Shown: positions 25,978-40,126 of the stretch, piece after piece
Layout: every line of letters starts with the position of its first letter
Numbering within the stretch: the stretch's first letter is position 1
Assembly: GCA_038496445.1 (NCBI GenBank)
Contig: JALMLS010000213.1
Coordinates: 1-64,000, forward strand
Reading direction: 5' to 3'
Source: Trichosphaerium sp. ATCC 40318
Lineage: Eukaryota; Protista; Tubulinea
DNA: 64,000 nt
Notes under the pieces: generated by a model
The model's database searches: none
Told to the model about the DNA's origin: nothing
The model's input: only the letters and a program-made list of their open reading frames with translations
Translations under genes and position numbers: made by a program

Positions 25978-27333
25978 CTATTCTAAGATTGGCAAACCAG
26001 CTGCCAGATTACAATCATCGTCTTTTTCAAATAGCACCACAAGCTTCGCTAATTCGTTTTTCGAGTAGGATGGTAACTCCAGATTTAAGGCGTATGTATG
26101 CGCTTCCTTCTTTTCTTCCTCCGTATGTATCTTCTTGATGCACTTGTTAGTCACAGTTTATATGTTTGTGCGTACAGCTGACAAGATAGAACGAAAGTAT
26201 TCGTCTAAATTCTGGACATGACGTGATTCAGAACGTTTTTCAGGAACGTGCAATTTTGTTTTCCTAGCGAAACATAAGTAGTAATTTGATATTAATGCCG
26301 TACACTCGAATAGTGCATTGGAAACTGCGTGAAGTGTTGTTTCGAGAGGTTGTAACTCTCTTGGCTGCCTCTATCTCCTCATCATGTGCCAAGCGTATGG
26401 TAAATATAGAAAAACCAACCTCCACACAAGAAAAAGCGCTCTTTTTAATGTCATCCTTTAGCGAGAAGAGCTGTTTCCAGAGTGCAGTATAGGCTGTTGC
26501 CCACATTTTTTCGGCTTATCAATAATTAGTCATTGATTGATTAGCAACCTCGCGTACATAATGACTCATACAACCAAGAAATACCGCTCTTTAGATTGTT
26601 ATAGTGCTTTGCTGAGATTTTATGGTAATCCCAACACAAGTGCACTAGAAAAGAATCCTCACTCATAGTTATGTTTGCTTTCTAAGTTAAAGTTACGATT
26701 CATGGATAGCCTATTGTTAGAACGCACAAACCGGTAGCTTGGTGATTCTAAGAAGTACACAAACATGTCTTTTACTTTTTCATCGCCCAACAGGATTGTT
26801 TCGGGTACTACTGGAATAGGTATGCTACAACTCAAGCAGCCTTCAAGTGCCTAGCCATTCGTTAATAGCCATTAAATCATTTTCCAACGTACTTTCTTAT
26901 GAGGCTCTTGTTTTATTTTGTTCCAAATCGAAACTATTCTGTTGTATTGATTCAACGCCAGTATGTTTTTCTGTTTAGCAGCAACAGGTACATTTGCAGT
27001 TTTCCAATCAATCTCCACGTTATAATAGTTCAAGCCCAGCAAAAGATTTGATTGCTCAAGCTCGCTAGCACTCAAACTCGTGTTCTTAATCAGCTTTGCT
27101 ATTGAAGGAAGCAGGTCCGAGTACCTGTTTGTCTCAGTTCGCAATTGTTAGGTAAGTACGTACATGGTTTTCTTTAATATGATCTTATCCGTTGTTGAGG
27201 CTTCATAGAATGTTGTGAACTGGCTATTAGGGTACGCATTCAACTCGCTTAGAGTAAGTTGAAACTGGAAGTCCCCGCATACAAACGTGGTAGGAGTGGT
27301 AATGACCACTAATTTAACTCTTTTGTTACTCAT
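25978..27333 (-). CDS. Clade B BTB-like protein
   Basis: MSNKRVKL...FVCGDFQFQLTLSELNAYPNSQF; YSDLLPSIAKLIK...GLNYYNV; EKMWATAYTALW; the 3' end is approximate. Confidence 0.68.
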
Positions 27334-27712
27334 AAGCTGCAATGTACTTGTGGTTGTAAAAGAACTTACTAGAAATAAATCAGATTGATTTTTTGAATAA
27401 AAGAAACAGTTTAGTGGATTTAAATACGCCAAAACGTTTTACTACGCGTAAGTATTGCGCTGGTGTATTAGGTTTTCGTATCAACACCTCGACTCATTCG
27501 AAGTACATAACGTACTTTTCAACCCGACGCAGCTGTAATAGTTGCTTTCTTAGGTTCGATAACTCTACTGTTGTTGTCTTAATTAGGAAAGGTTGGAAGA
27601 TATTACGAAGTCCGAAAAGCTGCGAATGCAACCCCACATATCATAGTGCCTACTTCAGAGTTTGTTAGTGTGAATTTGCATTGACGCCTGGACTACTGCA
27701 ACAACTTAAAAA

Positions 27713-29174
27713 ATGGCTGAACCACAAAAAAAGAAGCGAAAGTTGAATCCAAAGACAGAAAAGAGCGTAACAAAGAAAAATACAAGAGTAGAAACAACAA
27801 AGAATGAAGTACAGTTTAAATGTGGTGATTTTAGCTTTACACTTTCAGAAAGGCTTCTAAACGAGAATCCATCATCTCTTTTTGCGTCTAAAGTACATTT
27901 TGAGTCACTAAGAGATAAATCATCAGAAATAACGCTTATGGAGAAATGCAGGCACGTATCATCAATATAAATACGTACAAACTAATTTTAAACACATTCA
28001 GTCATTCAAAATACCTACCTACACTTGTAAAGCTGATAAAAGAAGCTGAAGTGACGAAAATCGAAGATCCAACCAACGTTTGGTTTGCAGCAGAATATTA
28101 TGGCGTGTCAATTATCTGGAGAAACTTGAACATGCCTTACGGCACGTGCCCAAGCTTATGTATTAAGTTAACAGAATCATAGCAATCAAGTTGAAGGTTG
28201 TTGCTGTTAATAACATACTAAGAAGAATACGAGATGATTGGGAAACTCTTAAAAGTTCACTCCGACAAAACGTAAGTTCTTCTACAATAAACCAATACTA
28301 AATCAAAAGGCGGCATCTGGTGTAAACTCATATGCCGTAGCTAAAGTAAGAGATAAAGTATATTTAAGGACAGAATTGGGTAGAATTGCTTTGACAAAGT
28401 ACTTTAAACAACACAGCTTGGTATGCACGGTAAACCAGAGTTGTACATACTTACATTTTTCCAGTGTTCTAAATACACTAAAGACGGCAATGGCGTTGAT
28501 GAGATCACGGTCTATTGGTCAGACCAAGAATTGGATATTGAAATTGTAAAGGAAAGATGTATTGAAGCAGTTTCAGGTCATTTTTGGAAGTTTTCAAACT
28601 TGAGTACGTTGTTTTTATACAAATACGTAGCCGCTTATGTACTCGTTATTAGCTGAAGAGCTGTGGGCCAAATCTCAATATGTAAGGTGGAGTAAAATAC
28701 ATAAACAAAAAAATCGTATACACCTAGCGTATATGAAGCAAGGAGCAATAGGAGCTGTTAGATTTATTGTATTATGTCATGATCAGACAGTAACACCAAA
28801 TCCAGCCATATGTCGTCATTTTACACTAGAACTTGAGTACGTTTGTTCTAAAACGCTGACTAACCTTTGGTGGTATAGTTCCAATGATGAAATAAACGTT
28901 CAAGCTCTTAAACAAAATAAACAGATGCGTAGCAAGTTTGCAAGTGTATTGTGCTCATTCTTGGAGCTAGCAGTATGTTTATTTAACCTGTTTACACCCT
29001 TACTAAATGTTCGTGCAGACTCTTGTTGAAGATGGGTGCTATGGCGAAAAAACGTATACAATGACACTATCAATCCCTAAAGTTGATGAAGCTATGCTTG
29101 ATGAGTACTTACAAATATACGTTGCCCCATATACTGAAGATAAAACTCTTCCAAGTATAGAAACAAGTACATAA
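27713..29174 (+). CDS. Clade A NLS-BTB family protein (A11)
   Basis: MAEPQKKKRKLNP; GC donors at introns 1 and 2; ends EDKTLPSIETST*. Confidence 0.82.
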
Positions 29175-29307
29175 ACTTTAAGATTTAGAAACTCTGCTTT
29201 AAACGCACGCTCGCGTACTCAGTTGTTTATTCCCTCTACTGGGAATGTGCTTACATTTACGGGTTGTATGTATTATTTTGCTACAAACAGACAAGTGTTT
29301 AGGTGTG

Positions 29308-29410
29308 TTTCACTGAACAAAATGTGTCAAGTGTCAATTAAATGACATTTTATTCAGTGAAATAGCAGTGGCATTTCAAACAGTGAACGACAGCTTTGAT
29401 TCAAACTGTG
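29308..29410. repeat. Dispersed intergenic TGTCA/TTCAGTGAA element (best copy; 18-bp inverted repeat)
   Basis: tttcactgaacaaaatgt...acattttattcagtgaaa (1 mismatch). Related copies at ~12485, ~19020, ~39832, ~43685 and ~55688. Confidence 0.75.
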
Positions 29411-29782
29411 CTGAATCCTGTTTGTTCGAAGTAGAATACCAGCAATCAAAGCGTCCTATTAGTTCGTCATACAGAGCTTCACATAAATTGAGTAACTTGC
29501 AGCAATTTTCAGTAAATAACTCTGTATGCAACCAGTTTAACAGCACAACGGACGTTCGTTTATAATGGTACTGTCAATATTTAATGGCAAGCACTATTGT
29601 TGTAAAAAAGCTGTCGTCTGTTCAGTAGCGTCAACAAAAAGAAAAAAACCTAAGTGAGTGTTAAAGCCCCGCAGCTACAAATTCCTTGCCAAGCACAAGC
29701 ACACCTAGCAGACAAGCATATTTTATTGTGCAGTCTCAGTCAACTCATTTCCGTGTCAACGTTATCAATATCAACATAAAAA

Positions 29783-31225
29783 ATGTCGGAACCACAAAAA
29801 AAGAAGCGAAAGTTGAATCCAAAGACTGAAACGAGCGTTAAAAAGATAATTACAATAATAGAAACAACAGAGAATGAAGTACAGTTTAAATGTGGTGATT
29901 TTAGCTTTACGATTTCAAACAGGCTTCTAAATGCACACTCAACATCACTTTTTGCGTCTAAAAGGCATTTTGAGTCATTGAGAGATAATTCATCAACAAT
30001 AACCGTTTTGGAGGAATGCAGGTACGTGTAATCATACCTCAGAACGGAACTTTGATAAAAGCGTGACAAGTAATCCAAAAACAGCCATTCAAAGCATCTC
30101 CCGAAAATCTTGAGTTTGATAAGAGATGAAAAGATGACAAGTATCGAAGATCCAGCTGGTTTATGGTTTGCAGCAGAATACTATGGTGTGTCTATTGTTT
30201 GGAAAGATATACATATGCCTTTTGGTACGACATCTTTAGCACATGAGCCTTTTTTTGACAATTTTTAGCTGGCATGCTTCCAATTTTAGTTGTCACCAAT
30301 ATTCTTGAGCGTGTTAAGAGGCTTTGGGAATCCCTACAAGATTATCTACTTCACAAAGTAAGGTGGCTATAGTTATCAAACATCAACTAGTCTTAGGCAG
30401 AGCATGGTTACAATCACTACTATATTTGTAGTGCAAAGAGTTTTGCAAGCAATCAAACAATATATTTGAAGACAGAGTTGGGCAGGACAATATTGGAGAA
30501 GTACTTCAAACAATGTAACTTGGTAATTGATTGAGTGTAAAGACCTAATGCTAACATTACACAAAAGATAATCACGGCACTGATCAGTTGACAGTATTTT
30601 GGACAGACGACAACGTTGATATAGTGCAGACAAAATTACTGGACGCTATTGCTGGCAGAAAATGGGAATTTGCTAGCCTAAGTACACTCTCGTTGTCTAC
30701 TTTTATCTTAACATAATGTAGCGGAAGAGTTGTGGGCCAAGACACAATTCTATAGATGGAAAAATCTATTGTACGCTAAGTTCCATTTAGTTGAGGCCTA
30801 TGTCAAGCACGCATCAATAGGAGCAACAGAATTTGTTGTACTTTATCACTCAAGGGATATAGAAGTCCCAGAAGACCTTTACCAGGACCACGTGATACAA
30901 GAATTGTAAGTGTTGGGTGATATGAGTCTACAAGCTAACTGAGTGTAGCTCAGACCAAATAGCCAGTGTTGAGAATGTAGTGAAAGATGAGCAAATGAGA
31001 AAAAAGCTTGCTAGCCTATTGTGCATTTTCTTGAAAACAGCAGTACGTTGTTTGATTTCAGTTGAGTTTATATATTAATGATTTGTGCAGACGTTAATCA
31101 GCAATGAAGTGTTGAGCGAAAAAACGCTAAGAATTACATTATCGATGCCACAAATCAATGGTGACTTTGTAGATAAGTACTTGCCAATCTATCTCTCGCC
31201 ATATATGCGTAAAATACCAAAATAA
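29783..31225 (+). pseudogene. Clade A copy (A12), probably disrupted
   Basis: Exons 1-4 and 6-8 are recognisable. The usual exon-5 acceptor/HYKY start is missing (~30555) and the next AG gives an out-of-frame stop. Confidence 0.6.
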
Positions 31226-31371
31226 AGCAACTAGTCTTACTGTTAAAATCCTTACAAATATTAATCAATGTGTTGGCAAAGCATTAGAGGCTTTTTGAAA
31301 CCTTGTCAATTTAGGTTATAACAAACTTACGTTGACTTAACCGCTGCAATAGATAATACCGGTTGTCAATC

Positions 31372-32881
31372 ATGTGCGAACCTCAAACAAAGAAGAGGAA
31401 ACGGAACCCGAATGATGAAGTAGCATTAATCGTACTGAAAGCGACAGTTCCAATAGAAGACAAATCTATACAGTTTAAATGTGGTGATTTTAGCTTTACG
31501 ATTTCAAACAGGCTTCTAAACGCACACTCAACATCACTTTTTGCGTCTAAAGTGCATTTTGAGTCATTGAGAGATAATTCATCAACAATAACCGTTTTGG
31601 AGGAATGTGGGTACGGTAAACGTTCTCATATATGCAGTACAAACTACGTAGTTTGTATAGAATTCATTGTTTCTGAAACAAACACTAACACTCCAAAAAC
31701 AGCCATTCAAAGCATCTCCCGAAAATATTGAGTTTGATGAGAAATGAAGAAATCACAAGTATCGAAGATCCTGCTGGTTTATGGTTTGCAGCTGAATACT
31801 ATGGCGTACCCATTGTTTGGAAAGACTTAAATATGCTTTTTGGCACGTACCTAGGAACATGAAGCATTATTCAATTTGTTTACAACAGTGTAGCAAACAA
31901 GCTACCGATTCTTGTTGTCACAAATATTCTTGCCGCGTACAGTCGCTGTGGGAATCCTTACAAGATAGCCTTCGTAAAAGTGTAAGCTTTAACATGTTAA
32001 AAAGTATCAATAATTAAACTGTTAGGCAGGACAAGGTCGGAATGAATACTACATATGCCGAGCAAAGAGCCATGCAGGAGGTCCTACAATGTATTTGAAG
32101 ACTGAGTTAGGCAGAAAAGCATTGGAAACATATTTCAAGCAATGTGAACTGGTACACCTAGCCTTTCAGTAGTGTAACACTCACCATCTACAAGTGTTAC
32201 AAGTACATAACAGATAAACATGGCAGAGATCACTTGACTGTGCGTTGGACAGATGAAGAAGTAGGGCCTGAAGTTGTAAACACAAGATCTGTACAAGTAA
32301 TCAACGGTAAAACATGGGTCTATGCTAGTCTCAGTAAGCTTTTTGCTGTGGTATTACATGCCCTTTTAAAGACTATATAGCAGAAGAGTTATGGGCAAAA
32401 TCACAACAAAAACGATGGAGTCACATGCGCTATTGTGAAAAGCCAATACTTGAGGCCTATGCCAAGCAAGCATTAATAGGAGCAACAGAATTTGTTGTAC
32501 TTTACCAATCAAGGGGATCTCAAATACCAGATGATCTCTACCATGATTATGCGATTAAAGTATTGTATGTTGTGCTAATTTTGAGTTTTGACTAATAGAA
32601 GCAGTACAGACCAATGGACTAGCGCAGAGGTTGTAGTGAAAGATAAATTAATGCGGAAAAAGATTGCTGGGGTATTGTGTAAATTCATAGAGACAGCAGT
32701 ATGTTGTTTTGTTTCTTATTCTTATTTATCTAATTGTATTGTACAGGCAGCAATCAAAGAAGAGGTGTTAAGTGAATTCACGTTAAGAATCACGTTATCA
32801 ATACCGATAATAAGCGACGAGTTTTTGAATTCCTATTTACCTATCTTTATGACGCCATACAAGCGAATCACTCGCAAATGA
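31372..32881 (+). CDS. Clade A NLS-BTB family protein (A13)
   Basis: MCEPQTKKRKRNP; all exon motifs present; ends TPYKRITRK*. Confidence 0.8.
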
Positions 32882-33464
32882 TTGTACGCAGAATAATATA
32901 GATGCTTCAACAAATTGCTGTGGTGAACAAGGTCACAAGTTAGAAATACATACGATTATTTATAGCTTAGTAAACTTTTTTGTGTATAGTGTTTGCTGTT
33001 GCTTCATTTTCAAAATCTCTGACCTACACCTACTTCATTGGCAGAATTGAAAAGACCGAAATAAAATCCTGCTCATTTCCTTCCCCGAAATATGGGCTTG
33101 TTGAATCGTGTGGGTTTGAAATGGTTGGATTCGCCAGACAGCCATGAGGGTAGATTACGTGTAAATATGATTGGCAAGGCAGAAGTGTCAAAACCATCAG
33201 AATCTGGATTTTTTTACTGCAGCATGTGAATGAGACAGACAATATGTGGCGGCTCTGTTGTTTCGCAAAGGTGATGAAATTAACTTGTCAGCTTGTAAGA
33301 ATCTCTGGCCCACAGAGCCCTTAAGACTTTGATATTATTGCATTGTATTGCCTTTATTCAAGTTACATATTAGTAATTCGATTCTGCCAGTTTTGTTGTG
33401 ACTTAGTAAGATCGCTTCAAATAAGTCAGCAAAACTCGCTAAGACACTCAATAGCGGTTACAAT

Positions 33465-34023
33465 ATGTCTGAACCTCTATCAAAGAAGAGGAAACTGAAT
33501 ACAATCGCAGAAACTACAGTTCCAGTAATAGAAACATCAGAAAGCTTAATACAGTTTAAATGTGGTGATTTTAGCTTCACACTATCAGAGGAGCTTCTCA
33601 ACGCGTATCCATCATCTCTTTTTGCGTCTAAAGTACATTTTGAATCACTACGAGATAATTTATCAACAACAACCGTTTTGGAGGAATGTAGGTACGTCTA
33701 CGCTGCCATAGTTTTAACCAACGCATTAACGAACAAAACAGCCATTCAAAGCATGCCAACGTTGAGACCCTATCAACCAATGAACACATGCGCAAAAAAT
33801 TTGGTAGTTTATTATGTTTATTCCTTGAAACAGCAGTACGTTTTTTTGTTCTGGTGATAAGCGTACTAATATGTAATATCAGAACTTTATTGAAGATGAG
33901 ATAGTGAGTGAACATATCATAAAAATTACATTATCTATGCCACAAATCAGTGACACTTTTGTTGATAATTACTTACAAATATATCTAACACCGTATGTTC
34001 GCATACGACCACATATGTACTAG
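33465..34023 (+). CDS. Internally deleted, still in-frame 3-exon clade A minigene (A14)
   Basis: Exon 1, then HSKH fused directly to exon-7 sequence ANVETLSTNEHMRKKFGSLLCLFLETA, then exon 8 to TAG 34021-34023; no stop after splicing. Confidence 0.6.
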
Positions 34024-34159
34024 TAAATTTGGTTGTATAGCCCTGACATTTATTATGTCACAACCCATGTAATGAGCAGCAAAAGTGTTTAAAGTAGTAA
34101 TCTTCTTGCCACGTTTGTACATTATTTTTTTACTTTCATATTTGTGCGAAAAGCCTTTT

Positions 34160-35645
34160 CTAGCCGGTTGTTTTGTTGATTTGTGTTGGATCAAATGGGG
34201 TAAGATAGATTGGCAACAAAGCGTCAAGCATAGCTTCTTCAATCTTTGGAATCGTTAACACAACTATAAATGTGTCTTCACTGTAAACTCTTTCTTCCAC
34301 AAATGTCTTAACGTATCCTTAATTTGACGTCTATAAATAAATGACGTGGTTAAAAACGTACTGCTATTTCCAAAAATGTGCACAACAAACTGATAAGCTT
34401 CCTTCGCATCTCTTTATCATTTACAAGAGCCTTCACAGAATATATATCAGTTGGCCTATTCCAAGAATTAGTTTCAATCAACTGAACTTTATCAAAACTC
34501 ACTTTGTTTCTATTAGATAATGATACGATATGTTTGTTGGATATACCGCTTTGTTGTTATGACACAGCACAACAAAACTTTCTGCTCCTATTGATCCTCT
34601 ATGGATATATGCTGTGCGCATAACACCTCTTTTTTTAAATAAGTCATGCCATCTTTTATTCTGTGTTTTAGCCCATAATTGTTCCGCTAAGCAGGCAAGA
34701 AATAAATGGAAGGCAATAGGATTAGGTAGCAAACTTACTCAGGTTTCCGTATGACCATTCAATGCCTGCAATTGCTTGCATACATCTGTTCTTCACAACT
34801 TCAGGGCCAACCTCGTCATCTCCCCAAACTACTATCAACTGAGTTACGCCTATATCACTTCGTATATATTTATGATGCTTCATATGTTAGTATCAATTAA
34901 TACATTGTATCATACCAAGTTACATTGCTTAAAGTACTTTGCCAAAGCTGCCCTCCCTATGCGTGTTGTTATGTACTGTTTGTTTCTTTCGTCACCAACA
35001 ATTTGTGAAATGCCACCCTCATCCGCCTATTACAACTTATTATTGGTGGTTGCATATACTAGCGTGCTTTAATTTGAAGGTAAACTTGTAAGTATTCCCA
35101 AAGCTCTTGTACTTGCTCATATATATTTGCAACAGTGACTAACTTCAACTTTTTTGCTGCACATACATTACTAATTGAACAAGATGTTTTCACGTGCCAA
35201 AAGGCATATTGATGTCTTTCCAAACAATGGGTATGCCATAGTATTCTGCTGCGAACCACACAGTGGAAGGATCTTCTATATTCTCTATCTTTTCGTTTTT
35301 CATCAATTTCACAATTGTCGATAGACACTTAGAATGGCTAAACCTTAATTAGTTACATAATGGATAATGATTTTGAGCCTTGGCGTGCCTACACTCTTCC
35401 AAAAGCGTTATTTGTGCTGAATTATCTTGTAATGATTCAAAATGCACTTTAGACGCAAAAAGAGATGATGGATACGTGTTGAGTAGCTCCTCTGACAGTG
35501 TGAAGCTAAAATCACCACATTTGAACTGTACTGATGTTTTTACAGTTTCTACGGCCAAATCTAACGTTTGAGAAGCTAGTACTGTGTTTACAGGCGCTTC
35601 TGTGATGTGCGTCAATTTTCTCTTCTTTTGTTGTTGTTCACACAT
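34160..35645 (-). CDS. Clade A NLS-BTB family protein (A15)
   Basis: MCEQQQKKRKL; EQLWAKTQNKRW; ends QINKTTG*. Confidence 0.8.
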
Positions 35646-35841
35646 GTTTAAACCGGTATTCTAGTTAAGCGGTGTAATAAACAATCAATCTACCAAATAC
35701 TGAATGCAATGTAAACACACTTTTGTGGTTGTAAACTGACCACTCAACAATAGTGTCTAATGCTTTATTTCGTACTTGATAAAAAATAGTATACGACACA
35801 AGTTGACCTAGAAGTACAGTTTATTAATGAAGCATGGCCGA

Positions 35842-37385
35842 TTATCTTGGTTGAAGTATTTCATGTATTCGCGTTGGATCAAATGGAGTAAGAAAGATTG
35901 GTAAAAAGTCATCAAGCATGGCGTCATCAACTTTTGGAATTGTTAATGCAAGTATGAATGTGTTTTTATTGTAAATTCTTTCTTCCACAAAAGTCTGTTT
36001 AATCGTTAATCATATAAATGATGAACCAACGTACTGCTACTTCCAAGAAGGTGCACAATATTCTTATAAGTTTTTTCCTCATCTGTTTATCTTTTAGCAG
36101 AGCCTGCACTGAATAAGCCTCCGCTGGACTACATCATAAGTTAGTCAATAACACTGAACTTATCAAAGGTTGTATACAACATACTGCCGCTTAATCATGA
36201 AGTGATAAGGAATGTTTGTAGGATTTTCTGTTAGCATATCATGACACATCACAATAAACAATTCTGCACCTATTGAGCTTTGGTGGATATATGCAGTCCG
36301 TAACTCCTTTCTTTGTTTAAATACATCATTCCATCGCTTATACTGTGATTTAGCCCATAACAGTTCTGCTAAGCAACGCATTAGACTGCCGAATGTGCAC
36401 CTGAAAACGTACTTAAGTTTGCATACTCCCATTCTATCCCTGCGATAGCATGAAGACACCGCTTTTGTACAACTTCAAGTCCAACTTCTTCATCTGTCCA
36501 CAATACTTTTATTTGGTTTAGACCAGTGTCATTTTGTGTATATGTGTAATGCTAATGTACCATAGTTAGTACCAACAGTAAGTGTTAACATCTTACCAAG
36601 TTACATTGTTTAAAGTACTTTGCCAAAGCTGCTCTGCCTAAGCGTGTTGTTATATACTGTTCATTTGTTTCATCACCAACAATCTCTGAGTTATCACCAT
36701 TACTCGCCTATTGCAACTTAGAGACATTAGATGCTATGAATGACTAACATTCATTTTTAGGTAACCTTGAAGGTATTCCCAAAACTCTCTAACTTTTTCA
36801 AGAATATTTGTGACAGCAAGAATCTTCAACTTACTACCTATGTACAGTATCAGCAATTAAAGAAGTGTACACTAGTGTTCACGTGCCAAAAGGCATATTG
36901 ATATCTTTCCAAACAATAGGTACACCATAGTATTCAGCTGCAAACCACAAATTTGACGCATCTTCAATACTCTTCATTTCTTCTTTTTTCATCAAACGCA
37001 AGATTGTCGGGAGGAACTTTGAGTGGCTAACGGTTAAAATAGTAAGTATGTCGCAGTGATGAATATATCGGTTGACGTGCCTACAATCCTCCAGGACAGT
37101 TGTTTTTGTAGAAGTATCGCGCAGTGATTCAAAATGTACTTTAGAAGCAAAAAGAGATGATGAATACGCGTTGAGTAGCTCTTTCGATAGTGCAAAGCTA
37201 AAATCACCACATTTAAACAGAATTGACGTTTCTATTGATGATACGCTTGTTTCTTTCCCTGGTGCTGTTTCATTCGTTGCTAGAGGTGCTTGCCTTGCTT
37301 CTATAGAGTTTGTCGTATTTACATTCGTTACCGAAGTTTCAGTGCTTGGATTTAACTTCTTCTTCTTCTTTGGAGGCTCTGACAT
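35842..37385 (-). CDS. Clade A NLS-BTB family protein (A16)
   Basis: MSEPPKKKKKLNP; ELLWAKSQYKRW; ends EILQPR*. Confidence 0.8.
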
Positions 37386-37541
37386 TGTAGTGTAGTACAC
37401 CAGTGTAATTCAGAATACAATTGACTTTATTTAGTAAATGATACGCAGATTTTGTACTTCTATTTTTTTATTCGACTATCTTGGGAAAGGGCTTACAATA
37501 TTATTGAACACTTTGCGTCGCAAGTACTGCTTAGTAAAGAA

Positions 37542-39352
37542 TCAATTTTGACCACGCTTTGGTTCTGGAACTTCATCAAGAACGATAACTCCCTCTTGGG
37601 CTTTCAATATTATAGACGTTAAAGGCTTCACAAGTTCGCCAACATCAAGCGTCACAACTAATACTTCAGTGTCGCCAAACTTATAACCCGATAAAGTCTT
37701 GGCTGTGTTAGCTATTGTATATTTATACGTAACGAGACCTACCGTTTCCAAAATGGATGAAAGACGTGTTAGTACATTCCATGCGTGAATGTTGTCTTTT
37801 ACACGCTTTGGTGACGTGAATAAGGTGTGGTTCCTAAATAAACATATAAGGTGGCTGTTGCTGCACCACGTGCGTACAAATATACTACGAAGTCTACATT
37901 GGAAAGAACTACATCTTGATAAGAGCCAGGACATGCCAATGCCACTCTAAAATGGTCTTGGTTTCGCAAGACTTGAGTGTTGTAGCTTTGAATAATCTCT
38001 TTGTCATGTTGCTTTACCACTGTCCACTGCGAATGCACAGTTGTTGCCCACAACCTTTCAGCTACAACAATGTCAATATCACACTGCGCGTTCCTTTGTA
38101 CCTATACTAGCAAAGTGAATCCATTTCACTCCGTCAATAATAAGCTGATACGATTTTTCTAGCATTGTGGTATCAACATTCTGCCAACTAAATCTCAACA
38201 ATTTAGAGTATCCATGTCCAACTGATGATAGTGCCTATAGAGTAAGTTAGTTAGGTTTTTATACCATTTTGTACCAGTTTGTACTTGGGTGTGTCTAGAT
38301 AAGTGTGCAAGGCGGTTATTAATTCAGGTGAGAATAAAAACTCATTGTCATCTTCCAACACCATCTCGTAGCTAAAAGTACCAGAGCCCGCCTATTCACA
38401 TTTGACAGTTAGTAACCATACAACGTATTTTTAATCAACGTACTTCCTTTACTAATAATGGAGTTTGTTCTTTCATGAGTGTTTGTAGTTCCAACACTTT
38501 TCTGGGTGCTGTGAACTCCTCTTTGTGTTTGGCTGGAGTACAGTTAGGCGGAAGTTGTTTCAAACATTACGCACGAGCTGGTATAGGTATAATACGGTAG
38601 AAATCCAAACCTCTGCTCAAGCGTTGCGTTGTTGCAATGTTGATGTTGAAATTGTTCATTACAAACAGAACTGTCTCAAGCACATCGCTGAACCTGTTAA
38701 TTCAGGAGTGAGAAATACCGTAAAAGCAACAACTGTTAAGGAACGAAATGGCGTTTCCGACATTCATGTTTTTATCAAATCAAAATTGTCAATCACGCAC
38801 TCATTTTGTTCGAGAATAACGTCCCCGAGCATATATCCAGTGTTTTGTTCGCGGTAGGCACTAGCAAACTTTGAATCATCGAACTTAAACAAAATTGCTT
38901 GAGATAACGTGAATCTATAGTGGCCTTCTATAAATTGTATACTTTGGTTTGCCCAGGTTGGATTAGGTATTGCTATGTCATGGCTTAAAAGAGTTAGACC
39001 TGCGGTAATTGCAATTCGAGTAGAACCTGTATAATTCTGTGTCCAACGACAAAAACGGTGATAAGTTTGCGTGTGCTTCTAGTTGTTCAAACGTTGTCAG
39101 TTCTTGAGCATACTGAAGGCTTGGCGTAGTATTAAGCAATGATGATGTGAGGTGGGAAATGTCTTCCTGGTATAACCGTTTATCTTCATCTTTTGCGGTT
39201 CCAGGTGGTGTGTAGTACGGGAGAAGCAACGCGCTGTCTAAGCTAGCTATAAAAGCTAAATCTTCTACTCACATTATTAAACGCTATATCTTATTAATTA
39301 ACTTACCATTGAGGTATTCTGGCGTCAATCTTTGACGCTTAGCCGCACTCAT
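37542..39352 (-). CDS. Clade B BTB-like protein with long N-terminal extension
   Basis: MSAAKRQR start; FIEGHYRFTLSQAILFKFDDSKFA (BTB-like); ERLWATTVHSQW; the last exon ends at 37542. Confidence 0.65.
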
Positions 39353-40126
39353 TGCGAACGTGTGAATTAGCTTGAAAACTAACTTTACAGTTTTTCAATC
39401 AACGTTTATAAGAGCGCAGGTGGATGTTTCAACGATGGTTTGGCATTACACCTTTCTCTAAGCTAGCAAACTAGAAACCTATCGTTTACGTGGCAAGTTT
39501 AATACTGTACTGAAAAATTGAAAAAAAATAGCACTTCTAGACGTCGCATACCTAAAAAAGGAAATGTTTGAACCAACGTTAAACAGTATCACATCGTGAT
39601 AGTATCTACACACGATAGCTTTTGAGAGTAGCTGGTGCTATTACGAACGTTTTCCGACCTTACTCAATTCAAATATTTTGGTTTGGGCGAAGGTTTTGTT
39701 CAAACTCCGCAATGAGTTAATTGTGTCCCTGTTGCAATATTATTCTAGCTCTAGCTGTTTTTCTCCAAGCTGTATATGAATAATTTGTTATGCTCAAGAG
39801 CAACAGTATGTCGGTAAACTGCAATTTCATGATATTTGACATATTAAAATGTGAACCTGTCAAATATTGTTCAGTGAACACGTTTTGTCCGCTACTCAAT
39901 GAACTACTTGGTGGCGTCCGTATTACAGCTGTTCGCTTAAATAGCGTAAGGAATGGTATGCATAATATTTGTTGCCTACTATTAGGCTTGTTACTTTTTT
40001 TGTACAGCCAATTTTTTTCTACTAGAACGCTTGTTAATAGTACAATTCCAACTTGTGCTAGCTAGGCTGCTGTGGTCTCTGAAAATGGTACTCAGTATTT
40101 TTAAGTCATTTTATTATTTTACAAAC

